From assembly GCA_041659285.1 (NCBI GenBank), contig JBAZYO010000018.1:14181-78180 (forward strand): 64,000 nt of DNA, read 5' to 3'. The notes beneath the pieces are model-generated. The model worked only from the letters and a program-made list of their open reading frames with translations, searched no databases and was not told the DNA's origin. Source of the DNA: Vicinamibacterales bacterium. GTDB lineage: Bacteria > Acidobacteriota > Vicinamibacteria > Vicinamibacterales > UBA2999. Below, one piece after another: positions 17,765 through 30,616 of this stretch. The position numbers and the translations under genes were made by a program. Every line of letters starts with the position of its first letter. Position 1 is the first letter of the stretch.

Positions 17765-19777
17765 ATGGCTCGCCCGATCACCGCAAGCATCGCCGCTCTC
17801 GTCGTCGTGTTCGTCGCGCTCGTCACCGCGCAGCAGGCCCCGGCCCCGGTGGACGATGCGGCGCTGGCGAAGGCGGAGGCGCGGAACCAGGACTGGCTGT
17901 CGTACGGGCGCGACTACTACGAGCAGCGCTTCAGCCCGCTCGATCAGATCAACGAGACCAACGCCGCCAAGCTCGGCCTGGCGTGGTCGTTCGAGACCGC
18001 GACGGATCGCGGCCTTGAAGCGACACCGCTCGTGATCGACGGCGTGATGTACACGACCGGGTCGTGGAGCGTCACCTATGCCATCGACGCCAGGACCGGC
18101 CAGCAGCTCTGGAAGTACGACCCCGAGGTGCACCGGAAGTACGACGCGCTGGCGTGCTGCGATGTCGTGAACCGCGGCGCCGCCTTCTACAAGGGCCGGG
18201 TCTACGTCGGCGTGCTCGACGGCCGGCTCGTCGCCATCGATGCCAAGAGCGGCAAGGTCGCGTGGCAAACCGCGACGGTCGATCAGAAGCAGGCCTACAC
18301 CATCACCGGCGCGCCGCGCATTGCCAAGGGCAAGATCATCATCGGCAACGGCGGCGCCGAGTACGGCGTGCGCGGGTATGTGTCGGCGTACGACGCGGAG
18401 ACCGGCAAGCTGGCGTGGCGCTTTTACACCGTTCCCGGCGATCCGTCGAAGCCGCAGGAGAACAAGGCCCTCGACAAGGCGCTGCCGACGTGGAAGGGCA
18501 ACGACTGGTGGAAGTACGGCGGCGGCGGCACGGTCTGGGATTCGATCGTCTACGACCCCGAGATCAACCTGCTCTACGTCGGCACCGGCAACGGCGCGAC
18601 CTGGAACCGGCACCTGCGCAGCCCGGGCGGCGGCGACAACCTGTACCTGGCGTCGATCCTCGCGATCAATCCCGACAACGGCGAGCTGGTGTGGCACTAC
18701 CAGACCACGCCGGGGGATACCTGGGACTACACCGCGGTGCAGCCGATGATGCTGGCCGACCTCACGATTGGCGGGCGCCAGCGCAAGGTGATCATGCAGG
18801 CGCCCAAGAACGGGTTCTTCTACGTGCTCGATCGCGCGACCGGCGAGCTGCTGTCCGCCGACAAATACGTGGAGGTCAACTGGGCATCCCACGTGGACCT
18901 GAAGACCGGACGGCCGATCGAGATCCCCGGCGCCGATTACGCGGAGAAGGGCACCTACATCCGGCCGGGGCCGCTCGGCGGCCACAACTGGCAGGCCATG
19001 TCGTTCAGCCCGCGTACGGGTCTCGTCTACCTGCCGGCGCAAGACAACGGCCGCTACTACGAGAAGCAGGAGGGGTTCGAGTACAAGCCGCTCGAATACA
19101 ACCTCGGCCTCGCGCCGATCGGCCGCAACGCCGAAAAGTATGAGGTGCCCTACAAGGGCCGGCTGATCGCCTGGGACCCGGTCGCGCGCAAGCCGCGATG
19201 GACGGCGGAGTATGGCGCGTATTGGAACGGCGGCACACTGGCGACCGCCGGCAACCTGGTCTTCCAGGGCACCGCCGCCGGCGACTTCATCGCCTACGAC
19301 GCCACCACCGGGAAGCAGTTGTGGTCGTCGTGGGCCACGACCGGCATCGTCGCGCCGCCGATCACCTACGCGATCGACGGGAAGCAGTACGTCTCGGTGA
19401 TGGCGGGGTGGGGCGGCGCGTTCCCCAAGAAGGCGCGGAGCTTCGGGCGATTGCTGACCTTCGCGATCGGCGGGACGGCGTCGCTGCCGTCGAAGCCGCG
19501 GCCACGGCAGGTGACGGCCATCGCCAGCAACGCGCGCCCGGACGAAATTGCGGCGGGCTCGAAGATCTTCGCGACCTACTGCGTGCGCTGCCATGGCGGC
19601 GCCACCATCCTGCCGGACCTGCGGAGGTCAACGGCGGCGGTCTATGCGGGCCTCGAGAAGATTCTTGATGGGTCGCTGGTCGAACGCGGCATGCCGCGTT
19701 TCGCCGAGCTCGACAAGCCGGCAATTGCGGCGCTGCGCGCCTATCTCCTGGACGAACGGAAGAAACTCGCGCCGTAG
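17765..19777 (+). CDS. Quinohemoprotein PQQ-dependent alcohol dehydrogenase (type II, with C-terminal cytochrome c domain)
   Basis: Has a signal peptide, the NWLSYGRDY-type N-terminus, the vicinal disulfide ACCDVVNRG and repeated W-motif propeller blades. The C-terminal heme-binding motif is CVRCHG. Confidence 0.92.
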   Translation: MARPITASIAALVVVFVALVTAQQAPAPVDDAALAKAEARNQDWLSYGRDYYEQRFSPLDQINETNAAKLGLAWSFETATDRGLEATPLVIDGVMYTTGSWSVTYAIDARTGQQLWKYDPEVHRKYDALACCDVVNRGAAFYKGRVYVGVLDGRLVAIDAKSGKVAWQTATVDQKQAYTITGAPRIAKGKIIIGNGGAEYGVRGYVSAYDAETGKLAWRFYTVPGDPSKPQENKALDKALPTWKGNDWWKYGGGGTVWDSIVYDPEINLLYVGTGNGATWNRHLRSPGGGDNLYLASILAINPDNGELVWHYQTTPGDTWDYTAVQPMMLADLTIGGRQRKVIMQAPKNGFFYVLDRATGELLSADKYVEVNWASHVDLKTGRPIEIPGADYAEKGTYIRPGPLGGHNWQAMSFSPRTGLVYLPAQDNGRYYEKQEGFEYKPLEYNLGLAPIGRNAEKYEVPYKGRLIAWDPVARKPRWTAEYGAYWNGGTLATAGNLVFQGTAAGDFIAYDATTGKQLWSSWATTGIVAPPITYAIDGKQYVSVMAGWGGAFPKKARSFGRLLTFAIGGTASLPSKPRPRQVTAIASNARPDEIAAGSKIFATYCVRCHGGATILPDLRRSTAAVYAGLEKILDGSLVERGMPRFAELDKPAIAALRAYLLDERKKLAP

Positions 19778-19841
19778 CGCGTACAACCGGAGGCAGGTGC
19801 GAGCGGCAGGCTGGAGTCGATGGCTTGTCGGTGAGGCCAGG

Positions 19842-21260
19842 CTAGCGGGTCGCGAGTCCGCCGGGCAGCCCGACCTCGATGGCCGTCCCGGATCCCGCCG
19901 AGTCGGCCACCCTGATGGTGCCCTTGAACAGCTGGACGATCTCGCGGGAGATGGCGAGCCCGAGACCGGCGCCGCCGGTCCGGCGCGAGCGGGACGAGTC
20001 GATCCGATAGAACCGTTCGAAGACCCGTTCCCGTTCGGCCTCCGGAATGCCGGCGCCGGAGTCGCGCACGACGGTCAGGACCTGATCCGCGACCCATTCG
20101 CCGGCGCCGGGGTTGAAGCGGGCGGTCACCGTCACGGTGCCGCCCTCGTGGTTGTACTGGATGCCGTTGCACACCAGGTTGTCGAACACGCGCTCGAGCA
20201 GGCCGGCATCGCCGTAGACGACCAGATCCGGTGCGGCGTCCACCGCGACCACGACCCGAGCGGCCGCGGCCGCATCCGCCGTGCGCGCCATGACCCGGTG
20301 CAGGAGCTCGGCCACACGCACCTCGCCGACCACAAGCTGCTGGTTCTCCTGTGCCCTGACCAGCAGCATCAGATCTTCGGTCAGCCGGCTCATCACGTGC
20401 AGGCGCTCACGAAGCCGGTCGAGCGCGTCGCGATACTCTTCTGGCCCCCGGTCCCGTTTGAGGGTGACGTCGATCTCGCCGAGCATGGCCGTCAGCGGAC
20501 CGCGCAGCTCGTGTGAGGCATCCGCGGCAAACCGGCGATTGGCCTCGAGCGCGCCGTGAAGCCGCTCCAGCATCTGGTTCAACAGCCGCGTCATCTGCCC
20601 GATCTCATCGTCCTGCTGCGGCGGGTCCAGGCGCTTCGCGAATTTTCCCGCTGCGATCGCGGCCGCCTGGTGGGTGATGCGGCGGATCGGGACGAGCGCG
20701 CGCGAGGCCAGCGAGAAGCCGATAATCGCCGTCAGCCCAAGGGCGCCAAACCAGATTCCGATCAGGAGATTGCGCAGTTGTCTCAACGTCGCATCGAGCT
20801 GACCGGTGAACACGCCAACCGCCACGACGTAGCGTTCCGGGCCCGGGGAGGCCAACCCGATCATCCGGCCGCGCCGCTCACCGACGTTGACGTCGACCAG
20901 CGGCGCACCACCGGACAGCGCCCGAATCAGCACCGGCTTGTCGATGAGCGCCTCGGCCTTGCCCAGGCGCGGGGACTGCATCAGGACCCTGCCACCGGCG
21001 TCGATCAACTGGACGAACTTGTCCGCATACTCCTGCGGGCTGTGGGCGCCGACGGGGAACTCGTGCAGGTGCAGGCCCAGGCCGGGCTCGTCGACGGCCG
21101 ACGCGAGTTCGGTGCTGGCCAGGGTCCGCAGTTGCGCGTCGAGGTCCCTCCGCAGGAACGACCGCGCGCCGAAATACACGGCCAAGTTGGCTACGCTCAA
21201 CACCAGCCCGAAGGCCAGGACCCAGCGCAGGGTCAGGCGCGACCTGAACGACAGCGTCAT
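19842..21260 (-). CDS. Sensor histidine kinase (HAMP-HisKA-HATPase, CusS/CzcS-like)
   Basis: Two TM segments, a HAMP region, the H-box SHELRGPLTAM and N/G boxes (CNGIQYN, DSGAGI, GGAGLGLAI). The start ATG forms an ATGA overlap with the regulator stop. Confidence 0.9.
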   Translation of the reverse strand: MTLSFRSRLTLRWVLAFGLVLSVANLAVYFGARSFLRRDLDAQLRTLASTELASAVDEPGLGLHLHEFPVGAHSPQEYADKFVQLIDAGGRVLMQSPRLGKAEALIDKPVLIRALSGGAPLVDVNVGERRGRMIGLASPGPERYVVAVGVFTGQLDATLRQLRNLLIGIWFGALGLTAIIGFSLASRALVPIRRITHQAAAIAAGKFAKRLDPPQQDDEIGQMTRLLNQMLERLHGALEANRRFAADASHELRGPLTAMLGEIDVTLKRDRGPEEYRDALDRLRERLHVMSRLTEDLMLLVRAQENQQLVVGEVRVAELLHRVMARTADAAAAARVVVAVDAAPDLVVYGDAGLLERVFDNLVCNGIQYNHEGGTVTVTARFNPGAGEWVADQVLTVVRDSGAGIPEAERERVFERFYRIDSSRSRRTGGAGLGLAISREIVQLFKGTIRVADSAGSGTAIEVGLPGGLATR

Positions 21261-21952
21261 GGCCGGGCTCCGCCGGCTGGCACCTTCAGCATGTAGCCCA
21301 TCCCGCGGATGGTGTGGATCAACGGCTCCTCGATGCCCGCGCCGCGCAACTTCCGGCGAAGGTAGCCGATGTAGACGTCGGCCACGTTCGAGAACGGGTC
21401 GTAGTCGCCGCCCCACACGTGCTCGGCCAGCTGGTCGCGCGAGACGATGGTCTCGGCATGCCGCAGCAGGTGTTCGAGCAGCCGGTATTCGGTGGCGCTC
21501 AGCTCGAGGGAGCGCCCGGCGGCGGTCACCAGGTGCGTGGTGCTGGACAACACGAGGGGGCCGTATGCCAGCGACGCATCCAGCTGGCGGGTGCGGCCCC
21601 GGCGCGTCAGCGCCCGAAGCCGCGCCAGCAACTCGTCGAACGCGAACGGCTTCACCAGGTAGTCGTCGGCCCCGGCGTCCAGGCCCTGGATCCGATCGGG
21701 CACGGCGTCACGCGCCGTCAGCATCAGCACCGGCGCATCCACCCCGTCGCGACGCAGCCGGCGGCACAGCGAGAGACCGTCCACTCCCGGCAGCAGGATA
21801 TCCAGGATGATTGCGTCGTACGACTCATCGCCGGCCATCCGTTCGGCCGTGAGGCCGTCCTCGGCAAGGTCGACACGGTAATTCTCCTCCCGCAACCCGC
21901 GCACCACGAAGTGGCTGATGGCCGGGTCATCCTCGACGACGAGCACTCGCAC
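21257..21952 (-). CDS. OmpR-family response regulator (CusR/CzcR-like)
   Basis: MRVLVVEDD receiver domain with phospho-acceptor context DAIILDILLPGVDG. Has a winged-helix C-terminus (TIRGMGY). Confidence 0.93.
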   Translation of the reverse strand: MRVLVVEDDPAISHFVVRGLREENYRVDLAEDGLTAERMAGDESYDAIILDILLPGVDGLSLCRRLRRDGVDAPVLMLTARDAVPDRIQGLDAGADDYLVKPFAFDELLARLRALTRRGRTRQLDASLAYGPLVLSSTTHLVTAAGRSLELSATEYRLLEHLLRHAETIVSRDQLAEHVWGGDYDPFSNVADVYIGYLRRKLRGAGIEEPLIHTIRGMGYMLKVPAGGARP

Positions 21953-21967
21953 ATCGGTATTCTAGGT

Positions 21968-24900
21968 TCAGTCGTCGTCGCCAAGTTGAAGAAGACGCTT
22001 CTCGAGCACTTCGTACAAGGTCGGCAGCACCATCAGGGTCAGCAAGGTCGAGGTAATGACGCCGCCAATCACGACGCTGGCCAGCGGCCGCTGGATCTCG
22101 GCGCCGGCGCCATGCGACAGGGCCATGGGCACAAATCCCAGCGCGGCCACCAGCGCCGTCATCAGGACCGGCCGCAGCCTCGTCGCCGCGCCCGCGAGCA
22201 CGGCATCGCGAAGGGCGAGGCCGTCTTCGCGGAGCTTGTTGACGGCGGTCACCAGCACCACGCCGTTCAGCACGGCAACGCCAAAGAGGGCGATGAAGCC
22301 GACCGAGGCCGAAAGGTTCAAGGTCAGTCCCCTCAGCCAGAGGGCGGCGACGCCGCCGACCAGCGCGAACGGGACGTTGAGCAACACCAGTCCGGCCTGT
22401 CTCAGGCGGCCGAACGTCACGAACAGCAGCAGGAAGATGATGGCGATTGATAACGGCACCACCAGGGCCAGGCGAGCCGTCGCCCGTGCCTGGTTCTCGA
22501 ACTGTCCACCCCACGCCAGCCGGTACCCGGTTGGCAGCGACAACGCGGCCGCGACGCGCGATTGCGCCTCGGCGACGAAACTGCCGACGTCGCGGCCGCG
22601 GACGTTGGTCTGCACCACGAGCCGGCGCTCGGCGTTCTCGTGGTTGATCGCCTCAGGCGCCTGGGTTTCGGAAATGCGGGCCACCCGCGACAGCGGTACC
22701 CGTTCCCCTCGACGACCGGTCAGCAGCACCGAGCCAACGGCGTCGGCGTTGGCGCGCATCTCGTCGGGCAGGCGGACCAGCACGGGGAATCGCCGCGGGC
22801 CGTCCAGCAATTCGGTGACCACCGACCCGCCCACGACCGTCTCGACCACTTCGCGCACGTCGGCCACATTCAGTCCGTAGCGGGCGATCTGCGCCCTGTC
22901 GATGTCGATCTGCAACTGGGCCGCGCCGAACAGCACTTCCGCCTGCAGATCGCTGGCGCCCTGGACCTGTTCGAGGGCCCTCACGACCACGGCCCCCAGC
23001 CGCTCGAGCGTGGCCGGGTCCTGGCCGAAGATCTTCACCGCCACATCAGCCTTGACGCCGGAGATCACCTCGTCCAGGCGCATGGCCATCGGCTGGGTGA
23101 AGTTGAACGTCACCCCGGGCATCGTCTGAAGGGCGCCGGCAATCGCCTCGATCAACGCCGGCTTGTCGCGGCCGGTCGTCCACGTCTCGATGGGATGCAG
23201 CGCCACATACACGTCACCCTGGTAAATCCCCATCGCCTCGGTCGCCAGATCCGGGCGCCCGAGCTTGGTGACGACCTGGCTGACCTCCGGAAACGCCTTG
23301 ACGATCTTCTCGACGCGCATCGACATGTCGACCGACTCCTGCAGGGAGACGGACGGCAGTTTGCGGGTCTCGATCAGGATCGAGCCCTCGTCGAGCTTGG
23401 GCATGAACTCGGTGCCGAGGAACGGGAGCGAGCCCATCGCCAGCGACACCGCGGCCAGCGCCAGCGCCATGGTGCGGCCCGGGTGGTCCATGGCCCACCT
23501 GAGATCGTGGAGGTACCTCTCGCGCAACCTCACGAACCAGCGTTCGTCGTGGTGGGTGTGCGCGACCTTCAACAGGTACGACGACATCACCGGGACCACG
23601 GTCAGCGACAGCAGCAGCGATCCGAGAATGGCCGAGCAGACGGTGATCGCCATCGGCCTGAACATCTTCCCTTCGAGGCCCTCGAGCGTGAAGATCGGCA
23701 GGTAGACCGCGACGATGATCAGCACGCCGAACAGGATCGGCCGCGCCACCTCGGTGGCGGCACCGGAAAAGAGCGCCAGGCGGCTGCCGTGCGGGTCGTG
23801 ATGCTCCTGGGTGTGGCCGGCTTCCCCGCGCCGGCGGATGAAGTTCTCCATCATCACCACGGCGCCGTCGACGATCAGGCCGAAGTCGATCGCGCCCAGC
23901 GACATCAGGTTCGCCGACACCCCGAAGATTCGCATGCCAATGAAGCCGGCGAGCATCGACACGGGAATGACCGCGGCCACGATCAACGACGCCCGCACGT
24001 CGCGCAGGAACACGAAGAGAACCACCACGACGAGCAACGACCCTTCGAGCAGGTTGCGGCGCACGGTGGCGGCGGTGCGCTCGATGACCTCGGTCTGGTC
24101 ATAGAAGGGCGTCAGCCGCAATCCGCCGGGCAGCGTGCCGACGACCTCCGCCATTCGCGCCTTCACCCGGGCGCCCACGTCCTTGCCGTTCTCGCCCTTG
24201 AGCATGATCACCATGCCGGCCACCGACTCGCCGGCCCCGTCGTGCGTCACCGCGCCCTGCCGGGGCATGGCGCCAATCCGCACGTCCGCCACGTCGGACA
24301 CCAGAACGGGGACGCCGTCGACCTCGTTGACGACGATGGCGCGAATGTCGGCTTCGCCGGTGACCAGTCCGGTCCCGCGCACGGAATAGCGTTCCGAGCG
24401 ATGCTCGATGAATCCCCCGCTGAACGAGGTGTTGTTGACGGCGATGGCGGCGAACACGTCGCGCAGGGAGATCCCGAAGCGCTCCAGCCGCGCCGGATCG
24501 ACCACCACGTGATACTGGCGCGTCAGCCCGCCCCAGGAGTTGATCTCGCTGACCCCTTTCACCGAGCGCAGCTGCGTTCGCAGGTCCCAGTCGTGAATGG
24601 TCTTCCGCTCCATCAGGCTGGCCTCGTCGCTTTCGACCAGGTATTGATAGATCTCGCCGAAAGCGGTGGCCACCGGGCCGAGTGTCGGGGTGAGGCCGGC
24701 CGGCAACCGCCCCTTCGCCTCCAGCACGCGCTCGTTGACCAACTGGCGCGCCAGGTAGACCGGAACAGCGTCCTCGAACACCACCGTCACCAGCGACAGT
24801 CCCGACTTGGAGACCGACCGCACCTGTTCGGCTCCGGGCACGCCCATGAGCGCCGTCTCGATCGGGTACGACACCCGCTGCTCGACTTCGACGGCCGCCA

Positions 24901-25072
24901 GGCCGGCGGCTTCGGTCACCACGGTCACCTGGTTATTGGTCAGGTCCGGGAAGGCCTCGACGGGAAGATCCCGATAGGCGACGACCCCGGTGACGATCAG
25001 CGCGGCCAGGCAGATCAAGACGAACAGCCGCTGGCGCAGGCTGGTGGCGACGAAACGCTCGATTGCGCCCAT
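21968..25072 (-). CDS. czcA: Heavy-metal efflux RND transporter, CzcA/CusA family
   Basis: 1034-aa protein of 12-TM RND architecture with family-typical sequence throughout. Confidence 0.95.
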   Translation of the reverse strand: MGAIERFVATSLRQRLFVLICLAALIVTGVVAYRDLPVEAFPDLTNNQVTVVTEAAGLAAVEVEQRVSYPIETALMGVPGAEQVRSVSKSGLSLVTVVFEDAVPVYLARQLVNERVLEAKGRLPAGLTPTLGPVATAFGEIYQYLVESDEASLMERKTIHDWDLRTQLRSVKGVSEINSWGGLTRQYHVVVDPARLERFGISLRDVFAAIAVNNTSFSGGFIEHRSERYSVRGTGLVTGEADIRAIVVNEVDGVPVLVSDVADVRIGAMPRQGAVTHDGAGESVAGMVIMLKGENGKDVGARVKARMAEVVGTLPGGLRLTPFYDQTEVIERTAATVRRNLLEGSLLVVVVLFVFLRDVRASLIVAAVIPVSMLAGFIGMRIFGVSANLMSLGAIDFGLIVDGAVVMMENFIRRRGEAGHTQEHHDPHGSRLALFSGAATEVARPILFGVLIIVAVYLPIFTLEGLEGKMFRPMAITVCSAILGSLLLSLTVVPVMSSYLLKVAHTHHDERWFVRLRERYLHDLRWAMDHPGRTMALALAAVSLAMGSLPFLGTEFMPKLDEGSILIETRKLPSVSLQESVDMSMRVEKIVKAFPEVSQVVTKLGRPDLATEAMGIYQGDVYVALHPIETWTTGRDKPALIEAIAGALQTMPGVTFNFTQPMAMRLDEVISGVKADVAVKIFGQDPATLERLGAVVVRALEQVQGASDLQAEVLFGAAQLQIDIDRAQIARYGLNVADVREVVETVVGGSVVTELLDGPRRFPVLVRLPDEMRANADAVGSVLLTGRRGERVPLSRVARISETQAPEAINHENAERRLVVQTNVRGRDVGSFVAEAQSRVAAALSLPTGYRLAWGGQFENQARATARLALVVPLSIAIIFLLLFVTFGRLRQAGLVLLNVPFALVGGVAALWLRGLTLNLSASVGFIALFGVAVLNGVVLVTAVNKLREDGLALRDAVLAGAATRLRPVLMTALVAALGFVPMALSHGAGAEIQRPLASVVIGGVITSTLLTLMVLPTLYEVLEKRLLQLGDDD

Positions 25073-25073
25073 C

Positions 25074-26309
25074 TCAGTTGCCGCCTTCAGCGGCCGGCTT
25101 GAGCAACTCCGACTTCAACACGAAGCTGCCGGCAACGACGATGCGCTCGCCGGTTGTGAGCCCGGACTTGACCTCGATCAGATCGTCCGCTTCGGCGGCG
25201 AGCTCCACTGCCCGCAACGAGAACCGGCCTCCGGCCCCCGCCACGAACACCGTCGTGCGCCCCTCGATGGTCTGGATCGCTCCCTTCGGCACCACAACCA
25301 TCTGCCGCGGCTCGCTTTCACCGAGGGCGACTGTGGCAAACATCTCCGGCTTCAGGCGGCCGTCGGCATTCGGCACCGTCGAGCGCACCGTGATGCGGCG
25401 GGTCTTCGGATTGACGACGTCGGCGATGAAGGTGATGGTGCCGGCGAAGCGTTCGTTCGGGTAGGCCGCGACCAGCACGTCAACCGGCCGGCCCGTCCGC
25501 ACCCGCGAGAGCAGGGACTCGTCGATCTCCGCGACCGCCCACAGCGTGGACAACTCGCTGACCACGAACAGGGGCGTTCCGGGCGTGACGGTTGTGCCCT
25601 GCGTGACCAGGCGCTCCAGCACGACGCCGCCGATCGGGCTGCGGACGGGAATCTGCTCGTTGGTCTCTTCGGCGGCGGTCTGCGGGTCGTTCTCCGCGGC
25701 CTGGGCGACCGAGACGCCGACGTGTTCGAGTTCCTCGATGGAGCGGTTGACCTCCGCCTTTGACATGTCGAGCAACTGCGTCGCCGACACGCGTTCGACC
25801 TCGGCGCGTTGCATCTCCTGCAAGGAAATCGCCTTGTCGGCGTAGAGCCGCCGGGCCCGCTCGTGGGCGTCCACCGCATACGCCAGCTCCTTGTCGAGAC
25901 GGCGGCGGTCGGCAATCGCCTTTCGATACCCCGCCCACGCATCGTGCAACGCATGTCCGTGCATCGTGGCCAGCAACTGCCGGCCGCGCACCCGATCGCC
26001 AACCTGCGCAAGGGTCTCGAGGATCAGGCCCTCCTGCAGCGAGCCGATCCGCGCGGTCCTGGATTCGTCCAGGGCCAGCAGCCCCGGCGCCAGCAGGCGG
26101 TCGGTCCGCGTCCTGGTCTGCACCGCCTCGACAGCGATCCCGGCGTTCTTGATCGCATCGTCGGTCAGCTTGACGAACTCGGGGCGGCCAGCCGCGGCAG
26201 GCGATGCGCCTTCTGGAGGCGGCACCGCGCCGGTGCAGGCGCCGACACCGAGGAGGCAGGCAAGCGCTGCGGCGGGCCGCAGGGCGCGATTGGTGAAGCA
26301 CGCGGTCAT
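25074..26309 (-). CDS. czcB: RND efflux periplasmic adaptor (membrane fusion protein, CzcB-like)
   Basis: 411 aa with lipoprotein-like leader LLGVGAC. Has coiled-coil hairpin and beta-barrel regions. Located immediately upstream of czcA. Confidence 0.88.
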   Translation of the reverse strand: MTACFTNRALRPAAALACLLGVGACTGAVPPPEGASPAAAGRPEFVKLTDDAIKNAGIAVEAVQTRTRTDRLLAPGLLALDESRTARIGSLQEGLILETLAQVGDRVRGRQLLATMHGHALHDAWAGYRKAIADRRRLDKELAYAVDAHERARRLYADKAISLQEMQRAEVERVSATQLLDMSKAEVNRSIEELEHVGVSVAQAAENDPQTAAEETNEQIPVRSPIGGVVLERLVTQGTTVTPGTPLFVVSELSTLWAVAEIDESLLSRVRTGRPVDVLVAAYPNERFAGTITFIADVVNPKTRRITVRSTVPNADGRLKPEMFATVALGESEPRQMVVVPKGAIQTIEGRTTVFVAGAGGRFSLRAVELAAEADDLIEVKSGLTTGERIVVAGSFVLKSELLKPAAEGGN

Positions 26310-27526
26310 GGCAGGATCTCCAGGCCGACTGCGAGTCGCGCCTCCAATGATGCGGTGAGCGCCTCGAGGCGCAGTTCGATGGCCGTGCGGCGCACGTCAC
26401 CATGGACGCGTTCGGCGTCAATGAGCTTCAACACGTCGGCCGTGCCTTCCCGAAATGCCGCGCGAGCGGCATTGCGAACGGCGTCGGCCGGCTCGAGCAG
26501 ATCGCGCCCGGCGCGAGCGGCTCGTTGTGACAGGGCTCGTGCCGTCGAGATGAGCGCGGCGGCCTCCGACGCCAGGCGGCGGGCAACGGCGTCGCGTTCC
26601 GCGCGGGCCGCACGTTCCTCGCCGAGCGCCCTGGCCGCGGCGCTGCCATTGCGATCGAACAGCGGCACGGTCAGCGTCACGCCCGCCACGGCGGTGTCGA
26701 AACCACTGGTGCGCTTGTAACCTGCGGAAATCACCGGGTCCGGGAAACGCCTGGCCCGCTCGAGGGCCGCCACCTGTTGCGCCCGCTCGAGGCGCATCGC
26801 CGCGGAGTGCAACTCCGGATGCCGCGCAATCGCGCCGTCCAGGGATCCTGGCGCGACCTCGGGGGCGGCGACGGACTCGGGCTCAACCAGTTGTTCCGAG
26901 GCGATCGGCGCCGCAGCGCCGATCACGAACGTCAGCGCGCCCAGGCTGCGCTCGAGTTCGAGCGAGGCCCTGGCGATGTCGATGTCCATGCGCGCGGATT
27001 CGGTCTCGAATTTCAGCAGGTCCGATTCGGCCGCGTACCCTTCGGCGACCCGCCGCCGCATGGTGTCAATGAGTGTGGACAGCCCGTCGCGGTTGGCGGT
27101 GAGGGTCTCGAAGAGACCCCGCGACCTGAGCGCCTGCACATAGAGATGAACGGTGCGCACCGTGATTTGCCAATCCACGATCTGCAGGTTGGCGCCGGCC
27201 AGATTCCGCTCCGCGGCCGCGATGCCGTGTCTCAGCCCGCGTTTTCCCGCAATCTCCAGGGGTTGGCTGACGACGGCAAAGACGTCGCGTGGAAGTGTCA
27301 ACCGGCTGGCCGGTCCGAGGTTCTCGATGCGGACGTCGATCAACGGGTTGGGGAGCCGGCCGGTCAGCCGCGCGGCTTCAGCGGATCCGTCAGCCAGGCT
27401 TTGGGCGGCCCCGCGCAGTGGCGACGCCTCGCGCGCCTGGGCAACGGCCTGCGCCAACGTCAGGGGTGGTGGGGGTGGCAGGTTCGCCGTCGCCATGGCG
27501 GCGGCGAACGTGAGCGCAACAAGCAT
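26306..27526 (-). CDS. czcC: TolC-family outer membrane efflux protein (CzcC-like)
   Basis: 406 aa with two-fold repeated alpha-helical/beta structure. 4-nt overlap with the adaptor gene. Confidence 0.85.
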   Translation of the reverse strand: MLVALTFAAAMATANLPPPPPLTLAQAVAQAREASPLRGAAQSLADGSAEAARLTGRLPNPLIDVRIENLGPASRLTLPRDVFAVVSQPLEIAGKRGLRHGIAAAERNLAGANLQIVDWQITVRTVHLYVQALRSRGLFETLTANRDGLSTLIDTMRRRVAEGYAAESDLLKFETESARMDIDIARASLELERSLGALTFVIGAAAPIASEQLVEPESVAAPEVAPGSLDGAIARHPELHSAAMRLERAQQVAALERARRFPDPVISAGYKRTSGFDTAVAGVTLTVPLFDRNGSAAARALGEERAARAERDAVARRLASEAAALISTARALSQRAARAGRDLLEPADAVRNAARAAFREGTADVLKLIDAERVHGDVRRTAIELRLEALTASLEARLAVGLEILP

Positions 27527-27591
27527 GCGCCCAATCTAGCGAGGCGAGATAAGACCAGAATGAGAGGCGGGGGCGCGAGTCGGCGAACCTC

Positions 27592-30054
<2,463 letters not shown>

Positions 30055-30109
30055 GATGCCGCCCCTCCCGGGGCGAGAAAATTAAGGTGAGCCGGAGGCG
30101 GGACTCTAA

Positions 30110-30134
30110 CAGGCCCCGCCACCGGCGGAGCCTG
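30110..30134 (-). other. Strong hairpin between dksA and lon (11-bp stem, 3-nt loop)
   Basis: On the minus strand the sequence is CAGGCTCCGCC-GGT-GGCGGGGCCTG, with one G-U pair. No adjacent U-tract, so it is not a canonical terminator. Confidence 0.35.
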
Positions 30135-30151
30135 TGATAGGACGCCGGGTG

Positions 30152-30616
30152 TTATCCCCGCATGTCGAAGCCGAGGCTGGACGAACCGCGGCGCGCCTGG
30201 ATGCGTTCGCGCTGCTGGGCCATCTCGCGGGCCTCTTCGCAGTCTTTGCAGCGGACGGCGAAGGGCAGCGCGCGCAGCCGGGGCTGGGCGATCTCTTCAC
30301 CGCACTCGAAGCAATGACCGTAAGTGCCTTCTTCGAGGCGCGACAATGCCTCGTTGATCTTGTTCAGCGTCTCCGCCTTCATCTGGATGAGGGCGAATTC
30401 GATATCTTCCTGAATGTCGACCTCAGAGGTCTCACCAGGATCGAGGACTTCGTGGTCCTTTTCAGAACCCTCGGCGCGAACATCGCGGATCTTGCCCTGA
30501 ACTTCGTTCAGGATCTCGCGCTGACGCTCGATGAGCATCCGCTTCAACTCGTCGTACCGTGCCCCGACGGGCACTTCCGCTACTGCGACGTTCCGCTTCT
30601 TTGACTTGGCTGCCAT
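30152..30616 (-). CDS. dksA: DksA/TraR-family C4 zinc-finger transcription factor
   Basis: Coiled-coil region plus CFECGEEI...CKDC. The ATG at 30614-30616 is preceded by GGAAGGAG at proper spacing. The longer GTG start at 30643 would contain the SD. Confidence 0.85.
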   Translation of the reverse strand: MAAKSKKRNVAVAEVPVGARYDELKRMLIERQREILNEVQGKIRDVRAEGSEKDHEVLDPGETSEVDIQEDIEFALIQMKAETLNKINEALSRLEEGTYGHCFECGEEIAQPRLRALPFAVRCKDCEEAREMAQQRERIQARRGSSSLGFDMRG

